Origin: an uncultured Rivularia sp.
GTDB taxonomy: Bacteria; Cyanobacteriota; Cyanobacteriia; Cyanobacteriales; Nostocaceae
DNA: 64,000 bases
Reading direction: 5' to 3'
Assembly: GCA_963665115.1 (NCBI GenBank)
Contig: OY762007.1
Span: forward strand, 3,872,001-3,936,000
Positions 20,060 through 30,500 of this stretch are shown here, in pieces. Below the pieces are notes generated by a model that made no database searches, was not told where the DNA came from, and saw only the letters and a list, made by a program, of their open reading frames with translations. The stretch's first letter is position 1. Every line of letters begins with the position of its first letter. The position numbers were made by a program, and so were the translations under genes.

Positions 20060-22033
20060 TTAAAACTCTCCCACATTAAAACATCGCTGTTTATCTAATT
20101 CGCTGAGTCGTTGTTTTTCAGCCATAAAAGCTTGAAAATAGGATTGCCATTGTTTCGGTTGAGTTTCCGAATCTGTTCTTTCCCAAAGTTCGCGAAAATG
20201 ACGGTAGCGCTTTTCTCGTAATACTCTTTCCATGCCCAAAGTTGCTCTTAAAATAACTTGAGGAGTACGAATTATCTGCTTTTGGGCTGTTTCGTTTAAA
20301 TGGAATAAATGCGATATCATTTCCATTTGTTCGGGAAATTCTAAATATCTATCTTGCAAAGTAGAAATTAATTCTGCTGATGAATTATTATCTGAAATAT
20401 CTATAATTTGCTGCCACAAAAATCTGTGGTGGGATAAGCTAAACTGCAAATCTCTTTCTTCTAAGGTATCGCCGATAGATTTACGAAATTCTGGGGAGTG
20501 TAAATAAATTAATAGTAACAAACTTTCTGCTTCTTCTAACAGGCTGTGTTCTGTTTTTCCAATTGGATTAACTACATTAACCGAACTATCTTCTTGATGA
20601 TTATCATAGCTGTTTGAAGATGCTGAATGATAATTCCTTTTATAGCTTTTCTTTTGATAATTACCTCCCCACTGTTTATTAGTTGAGGGAGCAATTTGAG
20701 TTAATAGATTTTCCGCTCGTAACGGAGCAAGTGTAGTATCCCCTAAACTTAATATTTCCGCACAGCGAGAAACGTAATAACTTCTTGTATCGGTATTAGC
20801 TATATTTTTTAATAACTTAACCATTTCCTGACAGACTTTTTGAAAATCTGTCGCTTGCTTCAAATCAGCATCTTTAGTAATTTGTTCTATTTGCCAATCC
20901 AACCATAAAGGCGCATTTGCTAATAATTGCTGATAATCTTCTGAAGTATTTTTAAATAAATATTCATCAGCATCTTTACCATCAGGAATATTTAAAATTT
21001 TAAGCTGAACTTCACCTTTATAAGCCAAATCCGCCACTTCACCAATTGCTCTTTCTGCGGCGATAGTTCCAGCTTTATCGGCATCAAAATTGAGAATTAA
21101 CTGTTTAGAATCGCTGTAACGCATCGCCAAACGTACTTGTTCAATACCTAAAGCAGTGCCCAAAGAAGCCACAACATTTTTAATTCCTACAGCATGGAGA
21201 GCGATAACATCAAAATATCCCTCCACCACTACAGCTTGGTCAAATTGAGAAATACCATCTTTCGCTTTATCCAATCCGAATAAAGTTTTACCTTTGCTAA
21301 AAACTTCTGTTTCCGGTGAATTTAAATATTTAGGTTTATCTTCCCCTAAAGTTCTACCGCCGAAACCAATTACTTTTCCTGCAATATCGTGAATAGGAAT
21401 CATTAAACGGTTGCGAAAAGCATCATAATAACCCCTACCTTCAGAGCGAGATTTTATTAAACCAGCCTTTTCTAATAACTGTACCGGATAACCTTTATCT
21501 CCCACCAAATAACTATACAAAATATCCCAACCAACCGGAGCATAACCTAATTGAAACTCTTTAATAGTTTCATCCTTTAACTTACGCTGTTGCTGAAGAT
21601 ATAGTAGCGCAGCTTCTCCATTTGATTGCCATAAAGCGTGTTGATAAAAACGCGAAGCCACTTCAAGTATTTCGTATACTTGATTGCGTTCCGATATTTT
21701 GCGCTGTAATTCCTGTCGCTGCTCCGGCTCTAAAGTTTGTACGGGTACCTGATAACGTCGTGCTAAATCCAATACAACTTCAGCAAAAGAACGCTTATCC
21801 AACTCCATAATGAACTTAAACGCATTTCCCCCAGCCTGACAGCCAAAACAGTAATACATCTGCTTGCTAGGGCTGACACTGAAACTAGGAGTTTTTTCAT
21901 TATGGAAAGGACATAACCCCAAAAAATCCTTACCACGCTTGCGTAAAACAACTCGTTCCGAAATCACATCAACAATATCGGCTCGTTGTTTCACTTCATC
22001 AATCGTATCTTGGTGCAAGCGAGGGATTTGCAT
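20060..22033 (-). CDS. dnaG: DNA primase
   Basis: CPFH..C.GC zinc finger, KYLNSPET, and TOPRIM motifs VEGYFD and DADKAG. Confidence 0.97.
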   Translation of the reverse strand: MQIPRLHQDTIDEVKQRADIVDVISERVVLRKRGKDFLGLCPFHNEKTPSFSVSPSKQMYYCFGCQAGGNAFKFIMELDKRSFAEVVLDLARRYQVPVQTLEPEQRQELQRKISERNQVYEILEVASRFYQHALWQSNGEAALLYLQQQRKLKDETIKEFQLGYAPVGWDILYSYLVGDKGYPVQLLEKAGLIKSRSEGRGYYDAFRNRLMIPIHDIAGKVIGFGGRTLGEDKPKYLNSPETEVFSKGKTLFGLDKAKDGISQFDQAVVVEGYFDVIALHAVGIKNVVASLGTALGIEQVRLAMRYSDSKQLILNFDADKAGTIAAERAIGEVADLAYKGEVQLKILNIPDGKDADEYLFKNTSEDYQQLLANAPLWLDWQIEQITKDADLKQATDFQKVCQEMVKLLKNIANTDTRSYYVSRCAEILSLGDTTLAPLRAENLLTQIAPSTNKQWGGNYQKKSYKRNYHSASSNSYDNHQEDSSVNVVNPIGKTEHSLLEEAESLLLLIYLHSPEFRKSIGDTLEERDLQFSLSHHRFLWQQIIDISDNNSSAELISTLQDRYLEFPEQMEMISHLFHLNETAQKQIIRTPQVILRATLGMERVLREKRYRHFRELWERTDSETQPKQWQSYFQAFMAEKQRLSELDKQRCFNVGEF

Positions 22034-22278
22034 AACTAGTAGTTAGTTGTTAGTGGTTAGTTGTTAGTGGTTAGTGGTTAATAGTTAGGAGTTAAGAGTT
22101 AAGAGTTAGGAGTTAATAATTACCAATGCCCAATGCCCAATGCCCAATGCCCTATGCCCCATCCCCAATTCCTATATCTAACAATTTCGTTTGGATAAAT
22201 ATTATATGCTTGTCGCCAGCACCGAAAATGTTGTAAACAATCTTTTACGATAACTTTTATTCAGAGGAAATACTTATA

Positions 22279-23659
22279 ATGGGACGTATTTTTATTTCGG
22301 CGGGGCACGGAGGTAAAGAAGCTGGTGGTATCGATCCGGGTTTCTATTGCTGGGGGCACGACTGAAGCTAAGGAAATGATTTTCCTCCGGGATTTAATTT
22401 TAACGGAATTAAGGGCGCGTGGGTTTGAAGTTCTTTCGGTTCCCGATTCTTTGAGTGCTAGAGCAAGCATTCAATGGATAAATTCCCGCGCTCGTCGTAA
22501 TGATGTGGCTGTGGAAATTCATGCGGATTCTGCTGCTAGCCCTGCGGTAAACGGCGCTAGCGTCTACTATATTGCCAATAACGAAGTACGTAAGGGCAAT
22601 GCCGAAATGCTGTTGATGGGGCTTTTACGTCGAGTACCGCAAATAAATAGTCGGGGGGTGAAGCCGGATACATCAACTGGTATGGGACGATTAATGTTTA
22701 CCCGCGAAGTGGCGATCGCCTCTCTGTTAATGCAGGTAATTTTCTTGAGCAGCCCCGAAGATCGTAATTTATTACAAAACCGTCGTCGAGAATTTGCCGT
22801 GGGAATCGCCGATGGAATTACAGCTTGGGCGCGGGCAATCGATCCAAGTTCACCTAGCCCCAGCCCCAGCCCTACTCCTACTCCCGCACCCCAACCAGTT
22901 TATCCCTCAGTAAATATTAAAATTAACGGGCAAACTTATCCAGAGCAAGGAATAGTAGTTAACGGTAATGCTTATATCCCCATTGATTTAGTAGACAGAT
23001 TAAGAATTGATTTATCAAAAGACAAGAATGTGCGTCGTATTAGCTACCGCAGAGTAGTTTATGTCAAAGCGATAGAATTGCGAGAATTTAATGTATCAAT
23101 CGGTTGGGATGCTGCAACTCGTACCGTAGTTTTACGCTCAAATTTAGTAATTTGTCCCGGTCAAATTACTCAAATAATGTCTCGTGGTACAACTTCTGAA
23201 GTACAGTTACAAATATTTTTAAGAGATAACAATCAAGATGCTTTAGTTAAGTTTCCCGATATACCAAAACTATATCGAGAAGAAGCAGCAATTGAAGGAG
23301 TGAATCACGATATTGCTTTTTGTCAGATGTGTTTAGAAACCGGATTTTTACGTTTTGGTGATGATATTGCACCGCAACAAAACAACTTTGCAGGATTAGC
23401 AACTATCGGTGGGGGAAATGAAATTGCAACATTTCCTAGCGCTAGAATTGGAGTTCGCGCTCATATTCAACATTTAAAAGCTTATGCGAGTTTAGAACCT
23501 TTAGCTCAGGAAACTGTAGATCCAAGATTCCGGTTTGTGACGCGGGGAATAGCGCCATTGGTGACAGATTTATCGGGGAGATGGGAGGCAGATTTGCAGT
23601 ATGGGGATAAGATTGTCGCTTTGGTGAAGCGGTTGTATGAGTCTGCGGGGTTGTTGTGA
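22279..23659 (+). CDS. tftA: TftA-like cell-wall hydrolase (amidase_3 plus glucosaminidase domain), +1 frameshift at ~22338-22343
   Basis: ATG 22279 gives MGRIFISAGHGGKEAGGIDPG. Deleting one base continues SIAGGTTEA. Also VEIHAD, a Pro/Ser linker and QMCLETGFL...NNFAGL. Confidence 0.8.
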
Positions 23660-23673
23660 GGCAGTTTTAATCT

Positions 23674-23730
23674 AGTACAGTACGGCGTAAATAAAGCACC
23701 CATTTAAAAAGTTTGAAAGCCTTATCACAT
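23674..23730. mobile_element. Possible IS/MITE terminal remnant
   Basis: AGTACAGTACGGCGTAAATAAAGCACCCATT resembles termini of cyanobacterial IS-derived elements (from recall). It abuts a truncated gene, and no partner end or transposase is seen. Confidence 0.4.
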
Positions 23731-23733
23731 AAT

Positions 23734-23769
23734 ACTAGCAAGATAGATAAATATTGGAGAGCAGAATGA
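23734..23769 (+). pseudogene. C-terminal remnant of a DUF4258-type toxin gene
   Basis: Translates TSKIDKYWRAE*, and its TGA overlaps the DUF2283 ATG (ATGA coupling). Confidence 0.6.
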
Positions 23770-23963
23770 AGATTACATATGACCAAGAAGTGGATATTTT
23801 GAGAATTATATTTAGCGATACACAAATAGAAGAAAGTGATGAAGAAAAGCCAGGAATTATATTTGATTATGACGAAAATGGAAATATTGTGGGATTAGAG
23901 ATATTAGATGCTTCTAAACAGGTGGAAAATCCACGCTCTGTTGAATATTGCATTCCTAATTGA
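23766..23963 (+). CDS. DUF2283 family protein (putative antitoxin)
   Basis: MKITYDQEVDILRI...DYDENGNIVGLEILDASK. Confidence 0.88.
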   Translation: MKITYDQEVDILRIIFSDTQIEESDEEKPGIIFDYDENGNIVGLEILDASKQVENPRSVEYCIPN

Positions 23964-23967
23964 GTCA

Positions 23968-24173
23968 GTAGGTTGGGTTAGACACGAAAACAAATTTTGT
24001 CAGTAAAAAAATCATTTTCATCGTGTCGTAACCCAACCGGAATGTATGTAGGGAAACGATATTTGCTGGATTTAAGATATTGCGATATACCGATAATAAA
24101 TGTTGGATTACGGTACAATAAGCGCTTTACTCATTTAAATTATTATCTTCAAAGTGCCGTGAAGCCAACCTAC
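23968..24173. repeat. GTAG-type REP doublet in inverted orientation (REPIN-like)
   Basis: GTAGGTTGGGTTAGACACG...CGTGTCGTAACCCAACC and GTTGGATTACGG...CCGTGAAGCCAACCTAC. Confidence 0.7.
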
Positions 24174-24303
24174 CAATTCTCTTTACTTCTTTTTTCTGCG
24201 CTCTCAGCGTCTAGTAAGGTTTTTCAAATCCATAATCTTCAAGTAAAACGGGTACGTGAGGAAAAACGTCCATAACGCACCCTAAAAAGGAATAAATTCC
24301 TTA

Positions 24304-26484
24304 CTACAAACCTATATTTTCTACTCCCAATGTCTTAACCAAAAATGCCCACTTATCCGCAACCTCTTCAATAATTTTTGCAGTAGGTTTCCCTGCTCCA
24401 TGTCCAGCTTTTGTTTCAATTCTTATTAATACTGGTGCATCACCATCATGGGCTGCTTGCAATGCTGCGGCAAATTTGAAGCTATGTGCGGGTACTACTC
24501 TATCGTCATGATCTGCTGTGGTAATTAAAGTTGCTGGATAAGCTGTACCTGGTTTCAAGTTATGCAGTGGTGAATAAGCATAAAGGGTTTTGAATTCTTC
24601 GGGTTTTTCCGAGGAACCGAATTCGGGAACCCATGCCCAGCCGATGGTAAATTTATGGAAGCGCAACATATCTAAAACCCCTACTGCTGGTAGGGCTGCA
24701 CCGAATAAATCTGGACGCTGTGTCATGCAGGCACCAACTAACAATCCGCCATTACTACCTCCGGCGATCGCCAATTTCTCGGATTTGGTATAACCGTTAT
24801 CTATCAACCATTCTGCCGCACTGATAAAGTCATCAAAGACGTTTTGTTTTTTGTCTTTCATTCCGGCTTGATGCCATTCTTCGCCGTATTCACCACCACC
24901 ACGTATATTCGCGACTACATAAACTCCACCCATTTCCATCCATATCAAGCTGCTAACTGAGAAGCTCGGCGTTAGGGAGACGTTAAAACCACCGTAACCG
25001 TAAAGGTATGTGGGGTTATTTCCATCTAATTTAATTCCCTTTTTATGGACGATAAACATCGGTACTTGAGTACCGTCTTTGCTTTTGTAAAAAATCTGTT
25101 TTGTTTCGTAATTATCGGCATTAAAATCTACTTTTGGTTCTCGAAAAACTGTACTTTTACCTGTCACCATATCGTAACGATAGATAGTTCCGGGTGTGGT
25201 ATAGCTAGTAAATATATAAAAAGTTTCGGTGTCGGTTTTTTTGCCATCAAAACCACCTACGGAACCAATACCTGGTAATTCAACTTCTCGGACAAAATTA
25301 CCATTAGTTTCAAAAATTTTAATTTGACTGCGAGCATCTTTAAGATATTCGGCAACAAATTGATTGTTAAGAGTGCCAACACTTTCTAATGTTTCTTCAA
25401 ATTGAGGAATTATTTCTTGCCAATTTTTAGACTCTGGTTTTTTAATATCAATGGCGATAACTCTGCCTCGTGGTGCATTTAAATCTGTCTGAAAATAAAG
25501 AATATTTTCATCGTTATCAATTAAACTGTAAGCTGATTCAAATTCACTTATCAATTCAACAACTTCACTTGATGGATTAGTTAAATCCTTGTAAAACACT
25601 AAGTTTTTAGAATCAGTTCCCAACCAAACTGAAATAATTAAATATTTTCCATCTTCGGTAACGCCGCCATTAAATCCCCATTCTTTCTCGTCAGAGCGTT
25701 CGTAAATTAAAGTGTCTTCCGATTGAGGTTGACCTAATTGGTGATAATAAAGCTTTTGATAGTAATTAACGTCTTCTAATTTAGTTTCTTCGTTTGGTTG
25801 ATCGTAGCGACTGTAGAAAAATCCTTTGCTATCATCTGTCCAAGAAGCGCCGGAAAATTTAATCCACTTCAAATTGTCTTCTAAATCTTCACCTGTTTCA
25901 ATATTTCTTACCTTCCATTCTTGCCAATCAGAACCAGCAATTGATATACCATAAGCTAAATATTTACCATCATCGCTGACAGATATACCTGAAAGTGCAA
26001 CGGTACCATCTTCAGAAAGTTTATTTGGGTTTAGTAAAACTGTTGGTTTATCGTCGAGATTTTTCAGAGTATATAAGACGCTTTGATTTTGTAAACCATC
26101 ATTCTTAAAATAAAAATAGCGATCGCCCTCTTGATAAGGAACGCCATATTTTTCATAATCCCATAGTTTAGTTAACCTTTTCTTAATATCATCTCTTGCC
26201 GGGATTTGCTCCAGATAATTAAAAGTAACTTTATTTTGTGCTTTTACCCAAGCCTCAGTTTCCTCTGAATCGGGATTTTCCAACCAACGATAAGGATCTG
26301 CTACTTTGGTACCGTGGTAATTATCAACTTGTTCGCCTTTACGAGTTGCTGGATAGTTAATTTTTTCAGTACTCATGTGTTTTTGGGAAGAAGGTACATT
26401 TACATGGTACAAAAATGTACAAACAAGAACAGTTGTCAAGAAAATAACTAAAAATTTAGGTAGAGGCTTAAACACTTTGTCCAT
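24304..26484 (-). CDS. Prolyl oligopeptidase (S9A) with signal-like N-terminus
   Basis: DPYRWLE, GGSNGGLL (Ser), HDDRV (Asp) and AGHG (His). Confidence 0.96.
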   Translation of the reverse strand: MDKVFKPLPKFLVIFLTTVLVCTFLYHVNVPSSQKHMSTEKINYPATRKGEQVDNYHGTKVADPYRWLENPDSEETEAWVKAQNKVTFNYLEQIPARDDIKKRLTKLWDYEKYGVPYQEGDRYFYFKNDGLQNQSVLYTLKNLDDKPTVLLNPNKLSEDGTVALSGISVSDDGKYLAYGISIAGSDWQEWKVRNIETGEDLEDNLKWIKFSGASWTDDSKGFFYSRYDQPNEETKLEDVNYYQKLYYHQLGQPQSEDTLIYERSDEKEWGFNGGVTEDGKYLIISVWLGTDSKNLVFYKDLTNPSSEVVELISEFESAYSLIDNDENILYFQTDLNAPRGRVIAIDIKKPESKNWQEIIPQFEETLESVGTLNNQFVAEYLKDARSQIKIFETNGNFVREVELPGIGSVGGFDGKKTDTETFYIFTSYTTPGTIYRYDMVTGKSTVFREPKVDFNADNYETKQIFYKSKDGTQVPMFIVHKKGIKLDGNNPTYLYGYGGFNVSLTPSFSVSSLIWMEMGGVYVVANIRGGGEYGEEWHQAGMKDKKQNVFDDFISAAEWLIDNGYTKSEKLAIAGGSNGGLLVGACMTQRPDLFGAALPAVGVLDMLRFHKFTIGWAWVPEFGSSEKPEEFKTLYAYSPLHNLKPGTAYPATLITTADHDDRVVPAHSFKFAAALQAAHDGDAPVLIRIETKAGHGAGKPTAKIIEEVADKWAFLVKTLGVENIGL

Positions 26485-26676
26485 TCAGAAGTTGCGTTGA
26501 GTATCAAGCACGCGCATAAGGTACGTTAAGGTTCATAACGTTTCTCAATGATATACATAAGAGTCTATTTTGGACTATTTTCGTTGTATTTTGCACAAAT
26601 ATCAATAATTAGTGTTGTGAGATAGAGAAGTTAAATATTTGGGTACTTTAAAACTACGTAGAGTCTTGTATTTTCG

Positions 26677-27261
26677 TTGATTGAGGAGAGGTTGATTATG
26701 TTCGATTGGTTTGATGAATTCAAAGCCAGTGTTGAAGCAGGAATCAAGTCAGGTATTGAATCGAGCGTTTTGGGTTTAGCCCAATCATTCATGAATGGAC
26801 TTGAAGAATTTTTCAAAGTTCCAGAACCGGATGGACCGTTTCAATCGATTCGTACTGTCCACCCTTCAATGACTCAAACAATTTCTATAGATAGTATCAC
26901 GATTGAAGAAGATAGTTGGAAACTAGAATCTTACGGTGAAAAGAAAGTCCTGCTATTTGAGATTGCCGAACCCGACGTACCCGAATGCTTGCTGCTTTGT
27001 CAGGCTCAGGTTAAGACAGCGCATTTGTGTAAACCAGCCAAACTGACTTTAAGTGGTCGTAATTCTGCTGGATGGACTTCCAATCAATATGCATCGGCTG
27101 AGGGGACAACTGTTTGGCATCTTTGCAAAGTACCATTTCATTACAAGAAAGAAGGATTTTCTGAATCGCTTACCGTCAGCGTAGAATTCCAAAGCGGAGG
27201 AGTGTTTTGGCTCAAAGATATCGAAATTTTACAAGCTCCGGTGAAAACAGCTTCTAACTGA
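26677..27261 (+). CDS. Hypothetical protein (likely start ATG 26698)
   Basis: 194-codon ORF with GAGGAG upstream of 26698. The C-terminal part is beta-rich, and I recognise no family. Confidence 0.65.
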   Translation: MIEERLIMFDWFDEFKASVEAGIKSGIESSVLGLAQSFMNGLEEFFKVPEPDGPFQSIRTVHPSMTQTISIDSITIEEDSWKLESYGEKKVLLFEIAEPDVPECLLLCQAQVKTAHLCKPAKLTLSGRNSAGWTSNQYASAEGTTVWHLCKVPFHYKKEGFSESLTVSVEFQSGGVFWLKDIEILQAPVKTASN

Positions 27262-27308
27262 ATTCTTTTTGCGGAACGGAGAACAGGTATTTCTCGTTAC
27301 ATGAAATT

Positions 27309-27548
27309 AACCTCACCCCCTTGCCCTCTCCTTGGTAAGGCTACGGTGTACACAGAAGTCGTGTCTGTCTTCGTTTCAGCCTATGATTGCCCCCTAAATC
27401 CCCCAATTATGGGGGACGGCGGAAAATTCTTGTCCCCCATAATTGGGGGCTAGGGGGCGGCTTCGTGAGGCTTGGCTAAATTTGATCGCTTGTGTGTACA
27501 CGATAGCCTTGGTAAGCAGAGGGGTGTCCGTTAAGACGGAGTGAGGTT
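27309..27548. mobile_element. Nested palindromic element: MITE-like insert (27341-27506) with 11-bp target duplication inside an outer hairpin element
   Basis: Inverted ends CTACGGTGTACACA/TGTGTACACGATAG, flanking CCTTGGTAAGG (27330-40) and CCTTGGTAAGC (27507-17), outer ends AACCTCAC/GTGAGGTT. Confidence 0.8.
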
Positions 27549-27555
27549 TTCCTTC

Positions 27556-30500
27556 CTAAGCTCCAGCACTAGCAACTAATTTCTCGCCTTTTAACATCCT
27601 TACGGCAGCTTCCAGTAAAGCTTCTTCTAAATACGGCTTGGTAAAGTACCCGCTTGCACCTAATTGAATTGCCATTTGTCTGTGTTTATCGGCACCACGG
27701 GAAGTCAACATGGCTATCGGTAAGTCGTTTAAGTCGGGGTTTTTCTGGATGCGCGATAGCAATTCTAAACCGTCGCAACGGGGCATTTCGATGTCACAAA
27801 ATACGATGTCGCAAGGTAAACCGGAACGCAATTTATCCCAGGCTTCTTGTCCGTCGCGGGCTTGTTCTACGCGATAACCTGCTTTACTAAAGGTGAGGGA
27901 AAGCAATTCGCGGACTGTGATTGAGTCATCAACAATGAGTACTGTAGGATCAATTTTTGCTTCGGCAGGTTCTGCGGGTGTAAGTGTATCTTTTTGATCC
28001 CAGAGACTAACGCTGCTTTGTCTGGATGTACGTCCCTCGAAGATGTCAATTAATTCTAATACGTCAACAATCGGCATGATTCGACCATCACCAAGCACTG
28101 TAGCACCTGCTACACCTATGGGCTTGGGTGCGGGGCCTTCAAATTGTTTAATTACGATTTCTTGTTCGCTGAGTACTTGGTCAATTTGTAAGGCAATCAT
28201 AGTATTTGCCGAACGCACTATAATTACCGAAACCATATCGTCATCTCTGTTACCGGCATAAACATTACCGCGACTCAGCAAACGGTTAAAGGTTAATAAC
28301 TCGGAGAGAGGGCGGAAAGGTAGTTTTGTATCGCGCCAGAATATATATTTTTGACCATTTTTATCTTCCTGGATTTCTTTAAGGGGCATATCCAGAGTAT
28401 CTTCCACACCATCCATAGCAAAGGCAATTCTGGCTTTATCCGATACGCAAGATAATGCTTTACAAATACTCAACGTCAGCGGTAAGCGGATAGTAAATGT
28501 AGTTCCCTTACCCAAAGCAGAATCCGTAGTAATCGTTCCTCGGATTTCACTGATAGAAGTTTGAACTACGTCCATTCCGACACCGCGTCCAGCTAGTTGA
28601 TCGGCTTGATCTTTAGTACTAAAACCGGAATGGAATAACAGTTCGTAGACTTCCATTCGAGACATTATGTTTGCTTCTTCCTGCGTAATTAAGCCAACCT
28701 TGACTGCCTTATTTTTAACTTTCTGGGCATCAATACCAGCACCGTCATCGCTCACAGAAATAATAGTTTGATTACCTTGGTGGAAAGCCCGAATTTTAAT
28801 AGTTCCTTGGGGAGGTTTACTCCTTGATTCTCTTTCTTCGGGAGTTTCAATACCGTGAGCGATCGCATTATTAAGTATATGAGTCAATGGATCGGTTAAG
28901 TGTTGAAGAATCATTTTATCGATTAAAGTATCTTGCCCTTCAATAAATAACTGCACTTGCTTACCGCACTTAATCGAATTATCCCGCACTCCTCGCTCCA
29001 AACGAGTCGTTACCTGAGAAAACGCTTCCATTCGCGATCGCGTTATTCCTTCTTGCAGTTGTGAAGTTACTTGACGGAATTGACGCGCAACTCGTTCATT
29101 GTCTTCAACAACAAAGTCAATATCACTCGCTGATTCTCTTACCCTTACAATCAATTCAATCATTTCTTGGGACAGAGTATGGAAAGGGGTAAATCTATCC
29201 ATTTCTAATTCGCTGAAACCCATGTCAGAAATGGAATTAGAGCTTGAGCTTGAACTAGAAAAGTGAAATCCGCTATCTTTACGACTGGCTAACAAAGATG
29301 CTTCCAATAAGGAACGCTCGTAAAGCTCCTGCATTCTGGCACCTACATCGGAAAGATTTTGTACTTGATGAAGCAGGTTATCAAGGGATTGTCGCATCCG
29401 TTCTTGATCTTGTTCCAAGGTGTTACGATTTACCACCAATTCCCCAACCAAGTTACTCAAATTATCCAGATGCTTGACTGGAACCCGCATCAACTGTTCG
29501 CCTTTGGCACTACGAGTTGTTTTGGGAGAAGTTGCTTTCGATGTATTTTTACGAGGTATTGATGTATTAGCTTGCTCTAGTAGTTTTTCTAAATCGCCGA
29601 ATTCATCACCTATACTTGGCTCAGCTTCAGCATTTTCTGTAGCGGGTGCATCGCTTGCTGCTTCTTGAGGGCTATCGGAAATGAGTAAATCTTCTAAAGC
29701 TGCAAATTCGTCATCTACTTGTGCGGGAAGTTGTTCTCCTAATAAAGATTCCAACTGAGAAAAATCATCTAAAATGTCTTCAGATTCTTGCTGAAATTCG
29801 TTTTCAGCCGCTGCGATATTTTCTTCTGAAACCTGTTCTTTGGCTTGATAAACAAAAGGTAAAAATGTTATTTCTTTTTCTTTTGATGTTGCTTGTAAAC
29901 TAATTTCTTCATCCAAAGGAATATCTTGAGCAAACAAATCATCAACTAATTGCGCTTGGAAATTAGACGTTATATCTTCTAAATCTTCTTGTAGATTGCT
30001 AATATTTGCGCTTTCTTGTTCTGCTTCTGAGTCAAATTCTAGGGGTTGAGAAGAATCAGTAGAATCTATATCTAAACTTTCTTCTGCAAAAGGATTATCT
30101 GATATTTCAAGTTCGGAATCTTCTGTAGTTAATTCGGGTAAATTATCCGCTTCAGGATAAATTGCAAATAAATCTTCTTCTTCGGATACTTGCTGTGAGT
30201 CTTCTGTTGTTAATTCGGGTAAATCATCCGCTTCAGGATAAATTGCAAATAAATCTTCTTCGGATGCTTGCTGTGAATCTTCTGTTGTTAATTCGGGTAA
30301 ATCATCCGCTTCAGGATAAATTGCAAATAAATCTTCTTCGGATGCTTGCTGTGAGTCTTCTGTTGTTAATTCGGGTAAATCATCCGCTTCAGGATAAATT
30401 GCAAATAAATCTTCTTCGGATGCTTGCTGTGAATCTTCTGTTGTTAATTCGGGTAAATCATCCGCTTCAGGATAAATTGCAAATAAATCTTCTTCGGATG

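Noticed and set aside
23997..24275. 92-aa ORF
   Set aside because: Lies across the REP doublet, has a TTG start and shows no recognisable motif.
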